In this document: one piece after another, positions 17,948-24,091 of the stretch
Position numbering within the stretch: the stretch's first letter is position 1
How the letters are laid out: every line of letters starts with the position of its first letter
IMG/VR virus record: IMGVR_UViG_3300028663_000009
Coordinates: 1 to 24,091 of that record
Reading direction: 5' to 3' (one strand)
Length of the DNA stretch: 24,091 nucleotides
DNA from: a virus
Program-made: the position numbers and the translations under genes
The notes under the pieces: generated by a model
Database searches by the model: none
What the model was told of the DNA's origin: nothing
Seen by the model: the letters and a program-made list of their open reading frames with translations, nothing else

Positions 17948-18611
17948 ATGACACTGAGGAGCACAGCGTATCTCGAGATCGACATCAACGGTGGCGACAC
18001 TACCGGCGTCTTCGAGCTCCGGGAGGACCTCTCTGATACTGGTGATGTGACCAAGAACTACCTTCTTAGCAATCGCGGCCAGCGATTTAGGGGAAGCGTT
18101 CGACATCGGCACCGACCTCCTCCCGGATGACGTCGCCGACGCGGATCTCGAGAACCGCAAAGGATACCACGTCGACGGCGGCTCCGGGCACTACCAGGAG
18201 ACCCTCTCGTTCGCCGCCAGTCCCGGCGACGAGTGGGGAGACGGGTCGACGGACGCCAACGATCCCGACGACGTCAACAAAACCGATGCGACCGGGTCGG
18301 AGCCGATCGCGATGAAACAGGTGTTCGAGTGGTTCGTCACCCAGAGCAAGAGCGACAGCTCCGGCGGCACCCGTCTCCACATCGGCGAGTGGAACGACGG
18401 CACGTATTCGGAGACTGGCGAGGCCGGCGCGTTCGGCCATCCGATGCCTATCGCGATCAACGAGAGCAGCATCACGTATGACCCTGACAAGCCGGCAGCG
18501 ATCGAGGGCTCGATCACGCTGACCTGGACGTCGATGTTCCCTGACGTCGATCTTGAGGGCTCGTTCGAGAACGGACTCAACGATATCGCCGACTTCGTTC
18601 AGGACTATTAA
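17948..18611 (+). CDS. Putative distal tail/hub protein 1, indel ~18085
   Basis: First structural-looking gene after the TMP; ORFs 17948.. and 18312..18611 join through an acidic frame. Confidence 0.55.
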
Positions 18612-18614
18612 CCG

Positions 18615-19789
18615 ATGAAGTACATCTACAACAGCCCGATCCCGGAGGCCGCACAGACCGACGAACGCGACCGGCTTGGTCAGAAACTCGCCGAGGCGGG
18701 GATCCTCCAAGAGGACGGCGCGGTCGTCGAGTCGCTTTCCTCGGAGGCGGCGGACCTCACACTCAGCGGGCAGTATCGCTGGGGCGAAGAAATCTCGACG
18801 ATGCTCGCGACCGAACTCGACGAACTGTCGGCCTCAAGCCTGCCGACGCTACCGCTGTATCGGCGGAGTGGCGGCTACTCGAACGCTGGCTACTACGAAA
18901 TCGCGAGCGCCGACGTTGAGCCGCTTCATGGGAACGACCGTAGCGTATGGCGGTACAGCCTCTCGCTGACCTTCGTCGGTAAGAAGGGGAGCTACTTCCG
19001 AGCCGTCGAAGCGACCCCTTGGAAACTCGACCACGAGCTCGGCAACTCGACATCGCCTATCGAAGTCGGTGTCCCGGCGGCCGCGACGAAGGTGCAGTGG
19101 CACAACCCCGAGGACGGGACGCGGTCGCCGGCGGTGCCGGTCGAAACTCGCCCGACCGCAGCAGCCGATGTCGACATCTACGACTTCGAGTCGGGCTACA
19201 ACGCGGTCTACGACACCAACTACAACCTGGTGGAGGGCGGCACGGCAACCCTCCTCTACGCGGCCGACTATGCAGACGGACCCCGTGCGGAGTCCGCGTT
19301 TACGACACCCGCGGGTACGACGGGAAGTTCACGAGCGAGGGGATCAGACAGTGGCAGACCGTCCACTCGACAGAACACGGCATCGGGGACCCGGTAGTCA
19401 TGTCGTCGAACGCCCTCATTCGCCTCCGTCTCGACGAGCCCAACGGCACGCTCGAGGCCGAGGAGTGGGACGACGCCAACACGACCTGGACGACGGTCGG
19501 CCTCGGGTCCTCGCAACCGCCGACGGTCTCGCTGTTCGATGTCGACCTCATGGACATCGCGATGGTCCGCGATCGCGCCCAACTGACCTTCGACGTCGGC
19601 GGTTCGCTGTTCGCGCTGAACGCGATTCTCAACCGCGGCTACGGCGCCGTCCAGTTCACGGTCCCTGAGAACGAGACGGGACCGATCCCGGACGATCTCG
19701 AGAACTGGCTGTCGCCGATCGCGAGCACGTCGATCGCGGATCCGAACGCCAGCAAGACGCTGGTCGCTCGCAAGGAGGTGCGTAAGTAA
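18615..19789 (+). CDS. Putative distal tail/baseplate protein 2 (~390 aa), indel ~19285
   Basis: ORF 18615..19397 N-part joins ORF 19019..19789 C-part (VRVYDTRGYDGK...LVARKEVRK*); TAATG coupling to the next gene. Confidence 0.6.
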
Positions 19790-22700
19790 TGGCCTGGGAA
19801 CTCCTCGAGACGGTCTCCGACTCGAATACTGTCCGCGATGCTGAAATCAGTCCAGATGGAGAGTGGCTTGTTTTGGCACCGATGGTAACGAACTCGTCAT
19901 CTACTCTACCGGGGACTGGGTTCACCAACACACCTACAGTATACGGGGAACGGCTTACGGAATATCGATCAGTTCCGATTCGAGCCAGATTGCCGTTGCC
20001 TCTGGCGCAATCACCTCTGGAGATTTCGAGGTCTATGAATTGGGAGGGGTGGACAGAGATCTACTCCGAGTCTACGAGCCTCGGCCGCTGGATGTTGACT
20101 TCAGCCCGAATGGGGATTGGGCTGCTTATGTCTACGGTAGCGGGACTGAAGTTCTGAATACGAGCGACTGGAGCAACGTCACAACCGTCACAACAGACAA
20201 TAGCAGAGGCGTTGGATTTAGTTCAGATAGTGGTTGGCTCGCGGTCGGGACAAACAATGATGAAACGCTGGTCTTCTCTACATCTGACTGGGCGGAGATT
20301 AACGACTCGCCGCTCACTGACCCTACTGATGCCGTTAAAGCAACCACGTTTGACCCTGCCGACGAGTATCTGGCTTCTGGGTCAGAGTCCAGTTCTAACC
20401 ATATTTACAACACGTCGGACTGGACAGAAAGCAGCGCCTCGCCGATCACCGACGCCTCGGGTCAAATCGAAGCCGTTGCTTTCGATGCAAACTCCCTCTG
20501 GTTCGCGTTTGCAAGCCGAGATCAAACAGGCCGTGTCTATTCGATTACCGACGGCTGGGCGTTTGAGACGACGCTTGATGACCCGACCGATTACGCGTGG
20601 GGTATCGACTTCCAAGATGAGTATCTTGCACTGGCTGCCGACACATCAGTCTATATTTACGACGTTCCCGAGCCGGACTTTACACCAACGAACGTCTCTG
20701 TCGACGCAACTCGAGACACTGAGATCGACCTCTCGTGGACCGTTACGGGCGGTGAAGATGAAGTCCGCGTCTACCGTGATTCCTCCCGGGCTCGATGTCT
20801 CCACTCTAAACCCGATCGCGACTCTCGCGACCGGAACGGAGTCGTACACCGATACGGGACTCGATAACGGGACGGACTACTACTACAAGATCGCCGCCTA
20901 TTCGTCCGATACCGAAGACGTTTCGGACGAGGTTTCAGGCCAGACGACGCTCCCGGATGTTACTAACGTCTCGGCGTCAGGTGGTTCACGAACCGTTGAT
21001 ATATCGTGGACTGCAAATCACAACACCGGCCAAACACGCGTCGAGATCCGCGAAGCTGGCGGTACGTGGACTCATTTGACGACCGTCGATTACACGACGA
21101 CCTCGGCATCAGTCGCCGGCCTCCTCGACGGCACCGACTACGAAGTTCTGGTCCGCGCTGAGACCACCGATGTCGATGGGAGTCGGGTCACGGACACGGC
21201 GACCACGACACTCCCACAGATCGGCACGTTCGAGATCGACGAGAGCGTCCGAGACGATCTCACTGCCGACTGGAGCGATCTCCTGAACACTGGCCAGTAC
21301 CGACTCCGATGGAAGGATGCTGATGCCTCGAGCTTTGATGCGGCAGATGAAGCTGTGGTTGCTCACGACGCTGCCACGCTCGAGTATGCGATTTCCGGGT
21401 TGCTCGACGGCACTGACTATGACGTCAAACTCCGGACAGAAACGGACGATGTCGCCGGCGACTGGCACCGAGAGACAGCCACGACGCTCCTCCCTGCTAT
21501 CGATGCGTTCTCTCTTGATTCAAGCGTCCAGGACGAGCTTATAGTCGGTGGCATCGACCCAGTAATTGATACCGGACAGTACCGGATTCGGTGGAAGCGG
21601 TCCGAGGACGGAACCTATGTCGCCGAGAACGAAACGACGCTCGCCCACGATGTGGATCCGCTTGAGTATACCATCTCGCCGGTCCTCGATGGCGAGAAGT
21701 ACGATGTAGGGATCCAACCGGAGACTGACGATGCCACCGGCGACTGGCACACCGCCACGGAGATCACCAAACTCGTCTCGGCGGACGGGCTCGCGTTTTC
21801 GAACGTGACTGACCGCGGGCTTACGCTCTCGTGGACGGACAACTCCGGCTTCGACGGCAGTTATCAGGTCTGGCGGCGGCGAACCGACTACGAGTACGAC
21901 GATCCGAAGGGGAGTTGATCGCGACGCTTGCCGACACGGCCACGGAGTTCGTCGAAGAGACGACGCTCCATCCCGGAGAGAGTACGCGTACACCGTCCGG
22001 GCGACGACCCAGTACGTCCACGCTGACAGTAGTGAGGCGACGGCTACCACCGACAGCATCGGCCTCGAGCAGCGAGCCGTCCCGCCGCGAGGCTGGTATG
22101 TCGAGGTGGATCACCCAAGCGGGACGGTTCTCCGACCGTCGGTCCTCGACGGTCCCGAACGTCGACCACGGGCGAACGACCAGCCGCGCGTCCGGATTCC
22201 GGTCCCAAAACCGATCGCTGGTTCTCCGAGGCCCTCGAGGACGAGACGACGATGCGCGTCTGGGTTGACGGCAATCGCCTTCCGATCGGTGTCTTCAAGC
22301 GCGCCGAGCGCCAGTCCGGCCAGGCCGTCCTGGTCGGCATCGGCGGCACCGAACTCGAGACGCGCGTCGAGCACGAGGTCGATCAGCAGGCGACCCACGA
22401 ACTCGTCGAGGAGCTCGTCTCAGCCAACACCGACCTGACGCCGAACGTCGACGCGCCCGAGAGCACGCTCCAGGAGGGCGTCGAGATGCTCGCAGTTGAC
22501 ACGACGTCTGAGATCCTCGGTGCGATCGAGGAGATTGACGAGACGACACCGGCGACGGTCGAAAACGATTCAATCAAGCTCTACCAGACGGCCTGGACTA
22601 CCGAAGCGGAGGACGCGACAGCCGATAGTAGCACGATCTTTGACCCCTCTACGCACGACCCAGACGGCGAGTTCTCCGGTGGTGATGGTCTGCGACTTAA

Positions 22701-24091
22701 CGACAGTAGCCACGACGCCGAATACGAGTTTACGACTAACCACACCATCCCCGAGGGGACCTCGGTGTCGACTTTCGGCTCGACATCACCGCGGAGGATG
22801 TCCCGCAGTCGCGGTGGACGCTCGAGGACTCGAGTGGGACTGTCCTCACCCAGACGGACGAAAACGGGCTGGGAATCTCCGGCCTCCGATGGGATGATGT
22901 GTCGTTCTACGGCAACTGGAACCCGCCGGAGTTAGAGCCCGGCACCTATACCGTCCGGTTTGACTGTACGACCACCGCAGCCCCGTCCTACCTGTTGGAT
23001 GTCGTCTGTCCGCGGGACACCCGCTTCGACGTCACGCTGGGCGACTCGATCCACGAGACCGGCGGCTACCTCGACGGGCCCGAGACCATGCCCGACGCCG
23101 TCGACGTCCTGTTCGACGCGATCGAGACGCCGTTCTCCATTGTCTCGGGGACTGCAGACCTGACGATCGACAACACTGGTGGCGAGCAGGCGATCGCCAT
23201 GTCAAACGACTTCGGCGCAACGTGGCTCGAGGAGTCCAACACCAGTTCGGCGACCGTCGACTTCGCCGATCCCGGTGGGGCGCTCACGCTCCGGCTGACG
23301 CTCTCTCGGTACGGCCAGCGGGATACGGCGACGCCACGGACTGGCTATCAGGGCCAGACCGTCGACACCGTGACGCTGTCAGCGGACGTCGACGAGACGC
23401 CGCTGACGATCGACCAGACGTTCGACGACTCGCTGCTCTCGATCCTCCAGGAACTCGCCGATCGAGGCGACTTCCTGTTCGAGGTCCAGACCGACGGCGA
23501 TACGCAGACCCTCGAGTGGACCCAGCCCGGCCAGCGCTCGAGCGAGCGGGATCTCGCGATTTCCGACCTCGAGCTCGCGAAAGAGAAGCGGATCTACCAG
23601 AGGGTCACGGTCAAGGGCTCGAACCGCGAGGTTAGCGGCGAGCGGTTCACTGCCAGCAACGACTTCGTATCGCTCGCTAACACCCGGCTTATCAACGGCT
23701 CCGAGACCGTCTACGATGATGACGGAACCCAGTTCGACCGCGGGACAGATTATCAGATCCAGTCCGGGACGGCACGATCCGGCAGCTCTCGGGGGGCAAT
23801 CTCGTCGAGGGCGACACCTACCGCGTTGACTACGAGTTCGAGGTCCAGGGATCGTTCGCTGACGACGATGTCAGTGAGCCGCGCGAGCTCGTTGAGGATA
23901 TCCCGGCGCTGACGAGCGTTCGAGCCTGCGAGCAGGCGGCGTTCGCCCTCTACCAGACGCTCTCGAGTCCGCGCTGGGAGGGGACGATCCAGCTGCCGCG
24001 TGACGAGGTCGGCTTCCAAGTCGTCGACGCGCTCTCGTTCGACGAGACTCCCGACCAGGCTCTGCCGCTCGAGATCCGCGACATTACGCAC
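19789..24091 (+). CDS. Giant tail-tip/adhesin protein (>1400 aa, 3' end outside the window): 7-blade WD40 propeller, 5 FnIII, hub, CBM-like insert; about 7-8 indels
   Basis: Blades DAEISPDGEWL, GISISSDSSQIAV, DVDFSPNGDWAA, GVGFSSDSGWLAV, ATTFDPADEYLAS, AVAFDANSLWFAF, GIDFQDEYLAL; FnIII motifs IDLSW...YTDTGLDNGTDYYYKIAA; no stop in the acidic frame across the junctions. Confidence 0.75.

Larger units (their letters stand above)
1..24091 (+). mobile_element. Haloarchaeal tailed virus/provirus, late gene region (siphovirus-like); both ends lie outside the window
   Basis: Canonical order terS-terL-portal-protease-MCP-connector-tail tube-chaperone-TMP-tail tip; D/E-rich proteins; many ATGA start/stop overlaps. 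No integrase or att seen, so provirus versus free virus cannot be decided. Confidence 0.95.

Noticed and set aside
19789-24091. Diversity-generating retroelement or phiCh1-type invertible tail-fibre cassette
   Set aside because: No reverse transcriptase, template/variable repeat pair, invertase or inverted fibre copies in the window; they could lie downstream.

Overview
This window is the late (virion morphogenesis) region of a haloarchaeal tailed virus or provirus (Caudoviricetes). It is high-GC, encodes very acidic proteins and has almost all genes on the + strand. Gene order: wHTH regulator, low-GC patch, putative late promoter, Zn-finger and hypothetical genes, signal-anchored protein plus 2-TM protein, HNH, TerS, TerL, two-gene insert, portal with a C-terminal KTSC-like domain, XkdF-type protease/scaffold, phiCh1-like HK97-fold major capsid protein, three head accessory genes, adaptor, neck, terminator, tail tube, tail chaperone with a GGGAAAC -1 slippery site, a short Pro-repeat tape-measure-position protein, a promoter-bearing membrane moron, two distal-tail proteins, and a >1400 aa tail-tip protein (WD40 + 5 FnIII + hub + CBM-like) that runs off the right edge. 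No sheath is visible, so a siphovirus-type tail is inferred. No integrase or att site is in view. Most genes are broken by single-base indels (roughly 35-45 by my manual reconstruction), several of them in homopolymer runs, and I saw no in-frame nonsense codons. This looks more like sequencing error than decay, so the ORF track fragments real genes and many coordinates below are manual frameshift-spanning reconstructions. All family assignments come from motif recognition by eye and from memory, not from database searches.
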